This document shows, in pieces, positions 12,991 through 26,957 of a DNA stretch of 64,000 nt; the first letter of the stretch is position 1, and each line of letters opens with the position of its first letter. Under the pieces are notes generated by a model, which worked only from the letters and a program-made list of their open reading frames with translations, did not search any database and had not been told where the DNA came from. The stretch is from the NCBI RefSeq assembly GCF_040938485.1, contig NW_027271621.1:434001-498000 (forward strand). Direction: 5' to 3'. Source of the DNA: Diadema antillarum (Eukaryota). The translations under genes and the position numbers were made by a program.

Positions 12991-13785
12991 CTGTATACGC
13001 CAATATTTTCGTGTACAGATATTTTCGCGAATCACGGTATCAGTGGCATGTTTTCGCGTGTTGTTAAATTCGCGATTGATACTAGTAGTGGTACACAGGG
13101 GCTACTGCCAAGCCCGAGAAACACGTTCAAACACTTGCCAATGTACTCGTAACGTTTTTCCATTTGCATTGTGACTTCACTGAAAATAGAAAAGACACAG
13201 TAGAAGATTTATAAAACGAAACAATTACGGCATTCACAAGTACTCAGTACCTACCAAAATGTTGCAACAAATAGATAGACGACAAGGTTTCAGAGCTGCG
13301 CTAGCGCTAGCGAAAGTTTTACATGCATCCTGTTATACATGACCCTGTCGCTGTACACAAGTTTCGCGCTAGCTGCGCACAGCGTCTGGTTGGGCTAACA
13401 TGCATCCTAACTATACACGGACCTGCGCACACGGCGTCTGGTCGGTCTACATGCATCCCTAGGCCTCACTGTACCCGGGTACCCAACCACGTCGAGCCGG
13501 TGTTCGTTACCGTAGGGTAACGTAGCACGGAGATTGCACATTTTAATGCACGTTTAGCATCGTACTGCACTTCCACAATCGGTCGTACCGTAGCATACGT
13601 ACTGGCCATTGTTACAGCCGCGTTCTGGTTCGGTCAGCGATCACTGGCGATGGATGCATTTTGTCATCAATTTGTACATAAGGTATGACGGGGTAATATT
13701 TTCGCGTGTCTTTAATTTCGCGATCAGCCCGAAGCTCGCGAAATTCGCGAAAATAAAACCCTCGCGAAAATAACGGCGTATACAG
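12991..13785. mobile_element. TA-flanked MITE, longer member of the CTGTA/TTCGCGAA family
   Basis: TA|CTGTATACGCC ... GGCGTATACAG|TA; internal ~50-bp direct repeat (ctgcgcac..gcgtctggt..acatgcatcc) at ~13373-13460. Confidence 0.85.
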
Positions 13786-14659
13786 TAATATTTTCTGAGC
13801 CAAATGATGAAAACTTGATCAAAATTGTATGAAAATCAGGGAAGTGATGAAATTGTGAAGTTTTGCTAATTTTCAAGAAACAGTTCTTGAACAGTCAATA
13901 TGAATATGCAAATAATGAATTGATGATGTCATCCCTAATAACTTGTCACACAGTTTGCATACAATTTTGACATTTCCTGAAATTCCTGCAGTTTGCACTG
14001 TCATTACGATACAAAGCCTGTAGAAATCTTATCTTTCAAAAGGTATACCAACAAACACACACACAAACACATACTCACAACAATGATACAGAGATTAAAA
14101 CATTTCCCCCTCACAATCCTATCACACAAAACAGCATCCAAAATATACTAGTAAATACCCAGAAATGGTACTAGCATTAAAGAAAACAAACAAAACAAAA
14201 CACAGAAAACTGTCTCAAAATTGAACATCATGTTCAATTTGGGTAAAAAAACCCCAGATATATCGAATGGAAAGGGTTTCAATGAAAGTAGAGTTACAAA
14301 AAGAAAGTTATGAATGTGTGAAGCCATCTTCACTACTAAGTTCGGTTTTCTTTTTCAAATCTGCAAATACATCCATTTGTAACACTGTCACAATCAAACT
14401 CAAACATGTGTCACCTCACACCATGCAAATCATAATCAGAACACGGTATTAAGCTTGAATCAATACCATATAGTCATCATACACAAAACAAATCATTTAG
14501 GCTTACTTGATCTCTCTGATTACTGACATTACGGCTGATGATTACGACCATTTCTCCACAAAGGACTAATTTGCTCATATCAGCTCCCCTAATTGCTCTT
14601 CAGTCATTTTGTTCACTTGAATATTTTTGGTTGCCTCATATGCGGCTGAAGGTACTTAA

Positions 14660-15198
14660 AGGACAAGTCCACCTTCGTATACAATGTACATGTGAATTGA
14701 GAGAATGCAGCAATATTGGTAGAACACATAATCAGTGAAAGTTTGGGGAAAATCTGTGAAAAAGTAATGAATTTTTAAGTATCTGCGCAATCACTTATAG
14801 ATAAGAAGACTGCTACAGTGTATGATGTCACATGCATAGAACCATACAAGGAAAATATAAAGAGAATTTCACAAAATGTTGTCTTTTGAAAAAAAGTGCA
14901 CATTTCCTTAACTTGTCACAGATGTACATTGTATTAAGAGTAACATCATTTCCCCCTCCCCCGCCTTCTGAAAGAGGCAATTCAAGTGTTCTTTTATTAT
15001 GTGAGAAATGTGCAAAAATGCTGAACTTTCTTTCATTTTTGTAGTTGTAGTCATTTCATCCATCAATGACTGAGTAGAAAATTCAAGAGTTCATATTTTT
15101 TGAACGGATTGTCCAATTTCCTCAAACTCTCACTGATGTTTTCTATTAATATTGCTGGATTCACTCAATCCGCATGTCCATAAAGGAGGACTTGTCCC
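14660..15198. mobile_element. TTAA-flanked MITE (Kolobok-like)
   Basis: TTAA|AGGACAAGTCC ... GGACTTGTCCC|TTAA, with imperfect subterminal symmetry. Confidence 0.8.
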
Positions 15199-16269
15199 TT
15201 AAATCTAGTGGAGCAATGCTTGAACTCCTTTTCTCTTCTTGAGTGGTTAGAGCAGGGAGGTGGGAAGAGAGCATCTGTCGTGAGTAAATACTCAGTACAA
15301 TACACTTTCATTGATAAGGCATGGGCACATACGTACAAACAGGATTCAAATACTGATTGTATGACGTATGCATGCTCCTTACAGTAGTTACTTACATTCT
15401 ACAATTAGTTTACATTTTTGTGCTCACATCACCAGAATCATTCTAGTCATGTGATCATATGATTCAAAACCACATGGGAGGTTTATTGCCAACCCACTCC
15501 CAAAGATAAACTCAAAATGTTAAATACCATGATCTCAAGAGATTACCTAGGGAACTCAAGGAGAAATGGATTTAAATTACTGCCACGAACAGCAAAGCTG
15601 GGTATTGCCAACAAATTGGATGCCATAATGGACTGTATGCTACAGTGGTATCAATGTTGTACCCTGATATTATCTTGTACTGGACACATAATTTTGCATT
15701 CTATCATCAGCCTTAGTTTCCTTCCCCCCTCCCCCTTTACAGTTTATAAGAATGCCAGCATTTCAAAAAGAATTCTATAGCTGACTGCCTGTTCTACTGT
15801 CTTTTTCTCAAACATCTTACATGAGCACTCAAATTTTCATTTAAACTTGTCTAGCCCTATCTAAAATTGCCTGTATTGATATCTTGGTGTCTAAACCATA
15901 ATATTATGCTTCGCAATACTTTCTCTCCTAGCATTTTCAGGTAGGCCTAATGTCATATTGGTACACACACACACTCACTTACAGCCACGTTAACAGAGTA
16001 CATGTAGAGAGTAGAGGGACGCTTGTCATAATAAAGTATACCCTCAGGGTATTAATTTCATTACTTGCTCGAGTCAGCTGCGCCTGGTACTCAAGAGGGG
16101 GAGGGGGAAAGGGATTTGGCTGTGGGTTAGCCACATGACAGACAATTTTTATTCAATTAGAGCAAATATAATATAGCATTCTATGCGTGTAAAAAAATGT
16201 GATACCATCTATGACTGTTTATCTATTCCTGGTAATTACAAAGCTGTAATGGTGCTGACAGTTCCAATT

Positions 16270-16352
16270 GTCATCACCATTAACATCATCATCTTCATCA
16301 TCATCATCATCATAAATACATGTACTCCCATCATCATCATCATCTTCATCAT
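16270..16352. repeat. Imperfect (CAT)n trinucleotide microsatellite
   Basis: Explains the poly-Ile/poly-Met ORFs in the track. A similar (ATG)n tract lies at ~49562-49600. Confidence 0.9.
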
Positions 16353-17819
16353 GATAATGCAGTACAAACAATAAGGATGGCTAATAGCAAATCGGCTCAA
16401 AAGTGCATAAAAATATGAGTACATGAAAAAGTAATCAAATATTCATATGTCAGATCCCCTTGACTGCACACAAAGTATTCAGGCCTACCGTCTTTGACAA
16501 CGTTCTGAAGGTGGGGCCAAAATGTAGATTCTGGCATGGCTAAAAACAATTATAATGTTGGTCTTGCATTTCTCAAGAACAAATTGAGCGTGAATCATGA
16601 AAGCCAATTTAAGTAAATCCCATGTCTTCGTTGTAAGGTATAGTAAATATACCAGGAAGAGTACCCTTTAATCATCTCTTCAGTTAGTGTTGTTCAACAA
16701 AGATTCGATGGTACCCATGTATCCACTGGGTATTAGCTGGTACCATGCATTTCTGACAAGACAGCAATGTGCTGTATTGGATGGGAATTTGTTGTCATGG
16801 CAACCACTTAGGGTTGATCAAAAAGCCTGGAGGTGATGTTTTGAGGTAGGAGAAGTGATTGATGGCACTTTATTCCGGAGGTGAGGATTGTAAGCGTTCA
16901 TCATACACACCAAGAGTCATTGGCTGCACATCATGTATTCTTTACACCCACAGTAGTGCTGAAATCAGTTTTTCCCACACACATCAAATGGGGGAAAGTG
17001 AGGAGGCAATGATATAACACAGTTGCCTGAATCACAAAGTCATCTGCCTTTGAAGCAGAACACGAAACCATGTGAATGCCTGTAAATGCTTAATCACAAT
17101 AGCCACTTCTGCTATAAAATTTATACAATAGCTTTCAAGCTTCCTCTTGGAATTTGTTGGACACTCCTTTGCAAATGTTCAAATATGCTGAAAGGGAAGT
17201 AGAAAGTACTTGTTCAAGATGAATGAAAACAATACAAGTTTGGCAAAATTATTGGGGGGGGGGGGGGAGGAACCTTGACACAAAAACACTTCTGAACAGG
17301 TCATATCCATAATGAACAAGATTTCAGTACTCAAGACTTTCCAAGATTTTCATTAAAGAAGAAGGCATCTAATTTACATTCTGCAGGATTACTAGTCCAT
17401 GGATTATTGTAAAAGTGAAAACCCCTGCTGAATCAATTTTCATACGGGGCCAATTTTGGTGAACTTGACATCACATACTTTCATAAATAAAAGTTGACAT
17501 TTTCCCGCAACTTTTGTAATCACTAAAAATTATTGTGCTTTATTCTTTCTGTGGTAGTTTGGTCTCATATTAGATTTGCAGAATAATCCTCAGCTATGGT
17601 ACCGTGTGGTGTAAGATGACACAAGGGGATTTGTGAGCCACATAGTGTATACACCATATATTTAGCAAGTCTTTTTTTTTTTTTTTCAAATTGGGACTTC
17701 CTGACGATTTTGCAAAGCTTGTAGTTAAATCCATGATCATAGAGTACAGTAGTGAACGGAGAAAAGTATGTTTGCACATCATATTCATGTCAAGATCAGA
17801 GTTAATAATTTTGTGTGTT

Positions 17820-17894
17820 GTTAAATTCGCGAATAGCACTCGACTAGGGAAATTTGTGAAAATAAAAACCTTGCAAAATATATGGTGTATACAG
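17820..17894. mobile_element. Partial copy (one end) of the CTGTA/TTCGCGAA MITE family, ~20 bp from a G6PD splice donor
   Basis: ttcgcgaatag...aaaataaaaaccttgcaaaatatatggtgtatacag|ta matches the family end; the other end was not found. Confidence 0.6.
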
Positions 17895-17915
17895 TAGACA
17901 TTATGCAATACTTAC

Positions 17916-17996
17916 CGAAGCGCCGAGCACGACGAAGATGTGAGGAACTTCATCGTCCTGACTCATGCTTTCCTTCAGCATAGAAAGTCCACTCTC
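17916..17996 (-). CDS. G6PD: G6PD exon (81 bp) carrying the start of the Rossmann fold
   Basis: Translates ESGLSMLKESMSQDDEVPHIFVVLGAS and joins in phase 0 to GDLAKKK. Acceptor gttttccag|, donor |gtaagt. Contains in-frame Met codons, so it could also supply the start of a short isoform. Confidence 0.95.
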
Positions 17997-20900
17997 CTGG
18001 AAAACAAAAAAGCAAACAAAACAAAGAAAAATAACATCAAAATTTTGCTATTTTGGAGAAAGTAACCAACCCCAAGTTATTATATTTAGTTCCTTTTTTT
18101 ATTGCTATGATTATTAAGAAGTCTCCTTGATTTAGGCTGTACCGTTCCTTTTTCACAGTGGCAAAGCAAAGCACAGATAAAAGAGAAGTTAAGGGACGCT
18201 TAGTGAAAGATTAGTCGCAAACACAAAATAAAACAGCCACAGCAGGTTATTGCTTAGACGATTATTTCACTATCTCATGGCCAAGCTAGTCCCATTTTTG
18301 ATCTAACGTCTGTGTGTCTGTATTTTTGTTGCTTTTTGTTAATTTTGCTTGCTTACACAATTGTTTTGATCTCTCTCTTTTTTTTTTTTGGGGGGGGGGT
18401 TGGGGACCACAAGAAATTATATCTGTTGATGAAACAGGGCAGACCCATAAGTAGAAGTCTACCAAAGTAATCAGAACACAGATTGGCAAAGAAATGCACA
18501 AAAACTGTAAGAATAAAAAATTATAGGCAAGTTACATGTATATATGAAAACTTTACAAAGAGAACGCACAAGAGCAGGCATACTCCAGAGAAGGGGGGGG
18601 GGGGTAGTAACATTGCAAACCAAATAGACACAGTAAAAGTCATAAATCATCATACTCCTCTGGTAAATAAAATTGTGGGGCAACAGAAACTAGCAGCAGG
18701 GTTGCATCAAAGTGAAATACACAAGCATGTGCAAGCCAATGCAGGAATGCAGCTGAGGCATTTTAGTTAGTACAATGCTGAACAAAAGACAGTGCTGAAC
18801 AAAAGAAAATTCCTTACAAAAGAGCAGATCTCGTAAACATACACTTCTCCTGGGACCAAATTCAATCTGAAAATGAGACAAGCACACCGTCTGAAAGCAT
18901 ACAGTGGTAAAACTTTCGTTCAATTATCACATGGACCATTATTTACACACACATTTTGATCATGATTAGGAAAGAAAATGTGAAACTGCTGAGCTCCGAA
19001 TGGACTAGAAAACCCCTTGAAACCAAATTTAAGACTGTAAGCTTTGCTTTAGAATGGATTCTTTGTCCTTTTCACAAATACTGGAGCCTCACAGGTGTAA
19101 TAGAAAAAAAAAAACAAGCAACAAAAAAAAAAAGGAGAAGTAGTAAAATGTTCATGGAATGGTAGGATCTGGGAGACTAGCTTTTTTACACCCTCTGGGT
19201 ATGCCTTGCTAAAAAAAAAGGGGGGGGTGGCAAGTTTAATGTGACCACTATGTGCAGTACAAACACAGAATACCATCTACTCCACAGCACTACAGACCTG
19301 TGTGCCGATGTTGAGTCCCAAGTATACTCAGGCAGGTGTGTACCGGTATGGGTAATCATAACGCGTATTATTAGCAAAATCAGACTGTCCTCAACAGGTT
19401 AATACATGCCTATCACACCTGCTATTCCCATCAATCAATCCGGAAGCCTGCCCAAAGTCTTGCCTGACAAAGCAATATATGGCCAAGACTTTTTCCTGTC
19501 ACTGTAAATGGTACCCTTTACTCAGTCAGACAGAGACTGAACAAAAAGAAGAAAACAGCTTTACCTTGCCTCCCATTATATTTGCTGCTGGTGCCAGCAA
19601 TTACAATATTGGGCAAAAACAGATAGATGCAAACAGTTTATTCTTGACATACCCCACCTTCATTACTTTATCTTGTATGAAAGTAACTCTCCAATTGAAA
19701 AAAAAAAACAGATACCATGAGACAACAGTAAAATTCATGACAACTTGCAAATATCACACAAATTTACAAAGCTATCTGTATCCCCATAGTACTCAATTTA
19801 AGCTAGTAAAAGGGTGACAAGCTGAGCACTATACAAAACCTATGTACATTGCATGTTTTAGAATTACAAGCACAATCTGATGATTAAACATTCATGTTGA
19901 TTCATCAGACTCAACCTCCATGTATGGTTACTTCAAGCATTTTGTACAAGATAAGAGTATAAAAGGTAATTTTAAGAGTAATTGTAAAGACTGTGGTCTT
20001 AGAGTATTAAACAGCACTTTCAGTTCTCATACAACTACCACAAAAATAATTAGGCAAACCACATTTTCCCACTTCAAAAAATACAGCAATATCCTCATAT
20101 CTTTAGAGATATCACTACACTGATGGGACTTCTTTTTACAGTATTTGCTCATATCCATAACAATTTTCTGAAATGTCAGACTCCCTTTTACTTTACGTCC
20201 TATTTCAGGAAGTAAACATATTCTACATAACAGGTGAGTGCATGCTCCAGTGGATAGCTCAGATTTCAACTTTTGACCCTGGCCAGCAAAAAGAGAATCA
20301 TTCATACGCAATCACAGACAAGATAATAATGTCAGCGTAAGGTTCAGGTAATACAGTAGCCCTCCCCCAAAAGGCATGGTCATTCATGAATTCAGCAATG
20401 AATAATTGTCAACCACCGCCACCACAGCGAAACTGAATGTGACTGTGCAGTCACAAAAACAAACATTCATAATTGCTTCTCCACGATAATGTAGCATGTA
20501 TACTCATACAGAACCATGAAAAATGTGTAAAATGAGAAGAAAACTTACATTTGTCAGCTAAATCATGCACAGCAACTAGTAATGCACACTAGAAACTTTC
20601 ATACTTTTAAACTGAAATAACAAAATTACTAGGGTATGTGTCAGTCACAAAGTTTGGACATTGGTTTAAGACATACAATGCTCTGTTCAAACATAAAAGC
20701 ATTGTACATCTTCTGTCCGGTGAGGAAGTGTATGTACATACAATACAGACCGGACAGCATATAAACACACTGGCACTTGTGCTGTTGTCCTAAAGTATTT
20801 GCCAAGCAAGACTATCTTGTATCAAGGTACATACCACAGGCAAAGACAGAGACCAGAGCAGCAGGGCACAAGAGCTAAGAGTAAGCCTCCTCTCAAACTC

Positions 20901-22979
20901 TCTGAGGTCGCAGTATCTCAATGAAAGAATTCCTTGATGCTTTTCCCTTTAAAAAGATTCAATGGCTTTGCGACTTCTGCCTACAAAAGTGCGGTATTAT
21001 GAATACCGGCAGTGATGGCGTGACTCTGCAAGACTTGGGATCAAGAGTCGGTCTCTGTGGGCTCGGCAGAGGAGTGGCAGTTACCCTTTTGGACTTCCTT
21101 CACACCGAAGTGCAAACACAACTAAAAGCCCCCTGTCGAAATTCTCCAGGTCTGCAGTTGCTACCAATGTTAGCATGCATTCACTGGCTGGTTCAGCGTG
21201 TATGTGTGCGCCTTCCCTATTTCTTTCTCTCCCTCCCTCTCTCTCTCACTCCGCACATTGACAGCCAGCTATTGTGCTGGTACCATGAAGGATACTGTGA
21301 GGGTGCTCTTCACAAATAGCTAACAATTCAAGTTAAAGTGTCTACTCGGTGTGACTACCGCTAGTCGCGACCATCAATAATCACAATATTACTGTGGACA
21401 TACTGGAGATCACAAGTACTGTACACTGCAAGTGTTGGTCCTCATAAAAAATATGAGGCAACAGACAAAAAAGGAGAGGGGCACCAACCAGAAACCATTT
21501 GCTGGTCTACTGGGTGTGGGTTGGTAACCAGAACTCACTCTCGGGCCAGAAGATTTTAAGTTCCCTCCCTATTTTACTACATAATCATGATAATTAATAA
21601 GATATCTTTTATGTGCCACATAATTCACAAACATAATATTTTGCAAAATAGAACTTGTCTTATTACGTCAGTGTGTTGTTGTTGTTGTTTTTTTTATTCT
21701 TTTTTATTTGCAACTTAAAAAACACACACAATGAAAAGCAGTATCTGACAGGCAAAGATGATATTTCCAACCTTAAAGAAAATACATTTCATTTGTGTTA
21801 TGGGAAGCAATATCTAATGTTGGATTTTTACAGTAATACACAATATCCTTTATGGAGGAAATAAATGTGAACTAATAGTAAACCATGCCAATAGTTCCCC
21901 TTTTGAGAATGGTTGCAATGCATCAAACAAATGCATCTTTCCAATGCATTCTTTTTACAAAGAGGACATAAAATTGTTTGTCAAATGTTTGTACATTGTA
22001 CATCAATAGAATAAATTCCAAAAATTTGTGATCATAACTTGGTGAACATGCCACTGTAATGTTGTCAAATTCATCCAGACCAAAAGTTTGCCTGCAAAGA
22101 TATTGCAGTTACCATATCTGCCAGCAGTAAAGCCACAACGCCTGATAAGCTGCATCCCGACATTGGTGACAAAAAACGGGAAAAAAAAAATCTGAGGGAT
22201 TTTGTTCTGATCAAAACTTCATTAAATTTCTACATTATCTTTTTTTAATAAGATACTTGTTATTTCTATGTGTTTCCACACGTTTCCTAACAATAACAAT
22301 AATAATCGGCACAATCCATGTGTAGTCCCATATATGATTATAAGTGTTGGCCAGGCAGATGATTCTCTTGAGTTGGAAAGACAATGCAGTAATTTGCTTG
22401 TGCTGGCGTATACGCCTCAGCCTGACTTTACTGCTTTATTTTTGTTAAAAACGTGCGCCGGCAAATATAGTATGTTGATCATCCCTATGCGTCAAGCTGA
22501 CAGATAAAATGAGGCGTAATGATTTCCAGAAAGACCGATTGGTGATTGAAAGGGAGTGATTACGGAATGCACGCTGACCATATCAATCTTCTCTATAATG
22601 ACAACTTTATCCTTACATGCACACAGCATCAGTGTCACACCATAGTACAGTCCCACATTATTACAAAGCATTATTCAGTCTGGAAAAGACCAGACTATGC
22701 AGTTCTCTAAATACTCTTTTATGCCATGCTGTAGCTATACATTCCAGATAATCTACAAGAAGAATTTTAGATCTGATATTGCAAATTTATTAACTAGACG
22801 TAAAAACTATTTTGAAAGTAGTCTGGTTAATTTTGTTGAGTGCAAAACTTGTCACATTTTCATGTCTAAATTTTAAAAGGCAAGACCAACAAGCAACTGC
22901 AATACACATTCTGTACCATGCAACATATGTGTGTCTTTTTACAATACTGGAGAGAGAGATTACAGCAAAGAAGACTAAA

Positions 22980-23404
22980 AGGTGCATGGTCCCCGTGTTT
23001 TAGTCAAATGCGTACGCGGGCGCATGGCGCAAGTTTCCTATAGAGACCTACGCTGTCGACTTCTCTTTGGCGCTTACGCTTTGGCCCACTTTCCCGAGTC
23101 CGAAGAAGTCCGATTCACTGTAGTCAGTGGTCCGATCACAGTTCGGCTCATGATTCGGCTGAGTGGGATGACAGCTTTAGCAAACTTCTTTTGTGATGTC
23201 ATAATAACAAGCACATATGCACGCACCCTGGCATTACTACAGACTGCGCGATGCGCAGAGAAGACAACAAAGGCAACGTTACTTGGCAACACCTACGCAC
23301 TTTCCTCTTGATGACAGCTCTACTTCGTTAATCTTCGTATCAATGCTAACGGTGATCGGCAGTATCATCAACAGCGCCATCTACACTACCGGGACTATGC
23401 CCCT
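22980..23404. mobile_element. Probable older TTAA-type MITE with CpG-rich interior
   Basis: ctaa|AGGTGCATGGTCCC ... GGGACTATGCCCT|ttaa; imperfect TIR and TSD. Confidence 0.45.
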
Positions 23405-24814
23405 TTAAAATGTCATATTTCTATTATTTCAAAAACAGCTGTGATATTTTCAAAAATCTTTCATATATGATAATGGTATATATGCATATGTGGAAGAGAG
23501 AGTGAAGATAAAATTCTAAAATATGTCTTCCTGTGCAATTTCATCAGAGTTGTCTTTGAATTTATGTCACACATTATCACAGTTTGCATCAACTCATATT
23601 CATAGGATTCTCTTTGAAAAATGATAAGACTCCAAAATGGTGACAATTTTGGAAATCTAGTGGTAGAGAGGACAGTAATGACAATTACTACCAAATTAAC
23701 TCTAGTTTAACCTGGCTACAATGTACAATGATCCTCACTGATGATTTATATGTATACATGGGCAAAATTTTTCTCACTTCACACACACAAAAAAACAACA
23801 ACTTCGTCCGGGGTAATATGATCTCAAATAAATCAAGATCAAAATCATAATCATGTTTGTAAATTTCCTTTGATCATCAAGCTTGGGCAAAGTTCAGGCA
23901 CATCCGGCAGACTGTTCTCCTTATCATGACTTTTTACATCTACAACGTGTATACACTTATTGAGGGACACACGGCACAGAGAGTTACTAACTTGTGAAGC
24001 CATAAACCTGGACTTCTGAACTATCCTTAAGATTTAACACAATGTAAACACATCGTGTAAGTTGGTACTTGGAAGTAAATTATGCGCATACAGTGATGTT
24101 TACAAAAGATATTCAGTATCAAAATGTCTATATTTACTCTATCACATAAAAGCAAGTAGCACACATGATTTCTTTTACCGGTACACACTTTATAAACTCC
24201 GAACTTGTCTATGAACATGCATAATGTGAAGAGACCGAGATCTGCATGAAATGTACAGAATGCCCATGTATTTTACTGTCAATACATTTTGCAGTGGTTT
24301 TCATCTTGCGGATTTTGCTGAGTGATTAATATATTACGCAAGTAATGCAATGCATGGTATGTACAAGTAGGTATCAATTTCCACTGTAAACACACACACA
24401 CATACACATATATACCATACACATTTTACAAAGTTACTACTGGGTATATGTAACATATTTGTACATGTACATGACACTGCAGAAAACACACAAATATCAA
24501 ATTGTATGTGATGCTTGAACAAATTTGAATTGAACCTAATTGGGGTGGGGGGTAGGAATGCACCACAAAGCCTACCCAGTATATAAAAATATTCTATCCC
24601 TCATTTTGCGATTCCGCTGGGAAACCCTTTGCTGTTTTTAAAAAGGATCCCACTGGCAGTGGTAGCGGGCAATTATAATGAGGATCCTTGACATATAGTA
24701 TGCTAGTGTTTATCAAACAACTACGACCCTTAGTTTCGCTTGTTATTCAACAGATGAGGTACTAGGTGTTTCAAAAAACATTTCCCACTTTTGATCATAA
24801 ATATTTCAGAAACT

Positions 24815-25942
24815 ATTCATTCGATAAAACTGTCATTGATGTGAGTAATAGCTGGATAGTGTACAATTTGGTTGAAGGTGATTTGCATGTGAAAGCATAA
24901 ATCAGTTTCATTAAATCTAAGATTGATTTTGAAGTAAGGTCTCAGATTTTGGTCAAATTTTAACCCTCTGTACAAAAATTGAACTTCGCACAGGAACCAA
25001 TGATGTGTAGGTGAGTGTGTGCTGACAATGGCCCTGAACAATGGACATGCCTGAACCACCTGTTCACTAGGCGTCAGTCTGGCGCTCCCTGGCACATGAA
25101 TGCTTAATCAATAATTCATGTGGATTGCCCTGGGCACTGATAGTCTGAATTCATGCACGGTAAAGTGCTTGCAAACACCACATTTCATTCCAGCTGGCAA
25201 TCATTTTCAAATTTTGATTCTGACATATCACTAAATTTGGGATATAAGTAAGCATAAATGATCTAAAGTTCCTCATTTTAATACAACTGTCTACTAATTA
25301 AATAGTCAGACAATTTTTTCGCTTTTTCGATAAAAAGATTAATTTGGTAAAGAGTTCAGCAGCATTTATCATTGGGGCGATTTGTTTCAGAGTAGATTTA
25401 TCTAAGGCTCCATATACACAAATGTATACTCTAATTGATTTTCTTCACTTCCTTCTTCTTCTTCTTCTTGCTTGTGGTCTGTCTGTCTGATCTGTCATCT
25501 TAAGTCTTATGCAGTGAAATTACAATAGAACAGAAGGTATTCATTGCAATTTTGTTTTTCAGAAGTAGGGAGAGCACTGACGTGACTCAACAACAGTATC
25601 GACAGGCGTTTGACTTTACACAGATACTGCCAGAGGCTGAATAAAGACTAGCTGTGATAGTGGAATTTCTCATGAATGAATAATGAAGCATTCAAACCCT
25701 GGCCATTGTTCAGGACCATTGTCAGGGCGTTAACCACACACTCCCATACACACCCATTGACCCATGTTCAAAGTGAAATTTTGTACAGAAGGTTGAAAAT
25801 AGAGCAAAGTCTGGAACCTAACTGTGAAATTAATCATGGATTTCATGAAACTTATTTATGCTTTCATATATAAACTACCTTCAACCAAATTGTACACTAT
25901 TCAGCTATCACTCATATCAATAACAATGGTATCTAATATATA
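24815..25942. repeat. Diverged long inverted repeat pair (~24815-25060 and ~25695-25942), probably an old foldback element
   Basis: Reverse-complement similarity is visible directly (gagtaatagctggatagtgtacaatttggttgaagg vs ccttcaaccaaattgtacactattcagctatcactc) and in the ORF track (24817- and 25676+ give similar pseudo-peptides). Confidence 0.75.
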
Positions 25943-26462
25943 GTTTTTGAATTATTAAGAATCAAAAGTGGGAAATGTTTTTTGAAACACCTCGTATTGA
26001 AATTCATCCTGTGCTCCCATGAACTTGATGAATCATATCTGCTTTGTACAATGGTAGTGATAGCACTGGGCACACACAGCATTTTATAAGCTGAGCAATG
26101 CATCAGTCCCTCAGTTTCCTTGGACATGCATTTATAATACAGTGGGTTGAATAATTTAGTGTGGACGCTAAAAAGTGAAAAACAACTACAATTCACCAGT
26201 AATTGCAACACCTGCTTTTTTGTAAAAGAGGAGAACATAAGTTAATACTTCTTCTTCAGTTATAGTGTAACTTGTACAGCTTCAAGCTTGGAGATAAATG
26301 CACTGTAGCATGTGAATATGTGCAGCTGCATGCGTGCTCTTCTAGTCAAATTCCACAAATATAGTGTATTTAATAATGTATACAGAGAGTGCAAATAAAA
26401 TCATTTGTTTCTTTGTATGAGCTGGAGTGATGTCTCCCTCAAAAAGGGCTTGAATGCCTTAA

Positions 26463-26957
26463 CTCTTTATGTGCCACGTTCGCACGTCCGACTCAGTCGA
26501 CGGCGTGCCAACTTCGCATATTCTGCTCAACAAACAAAGCCGCCAAAACCGATCGATAAATCACTAATCGCTGCTAATCCGGCGGCACAATGAAAGCGTT
26601 TCTCGTGCTTTTGTTCCTCTCATATACAGCTTGCATTCTATGTGGTGATTGACTATCCAGCGGTGTTCCCAACTAGATTTGCTCGAACATTCTAAGTTTT
26701 TGTCACGGTTTTATGTGCAAAAGTCATGCCTTTACAGTAATGTAGCAACTGGTCATTCAAAAGAAACATTTAAAATAGATTCGTCATACAATTTATATCG
26801 AAACAAAGCTTGGCATTCCTCTTTAACTTTGCCTACTATTATGCCCATCTTAGCAGAAATTTGTAGAACAGAACAGAATTATTTCTCAAAGCATGACTAC
26901 CTTCCTATCTCAAAATAACGTGGCACACAGGGAGTTTCCACCATGGCACATAAAGAG
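26463..26957. mobile_element. TTAA-flanked MITE with pyrimidine termini (piggyBac-like)
   Basis: TTAA|CTCTTTATGTGCCA ... TGGCACATAAAGAG|TTAA. Confidence 0.8.

Noticed and set aside
20921-21319. 132-aa plus-strand ORF in a GC-richer patch
   Set aside because: No recognisable motif or coherent splice signals on either strand; could be regulatory DNA.
23074-23292. CpG-rich block with a good minus-strand donor (caaagc|gtaagc) as another G6PD first exon
   Set aside because: The ATG-containing frame is out of phase with the next exon, and the block lies within an apparent TTAA-type MITE (22980-23404). It cannot be excluded as an exapted non-coding leader, but there is no support.
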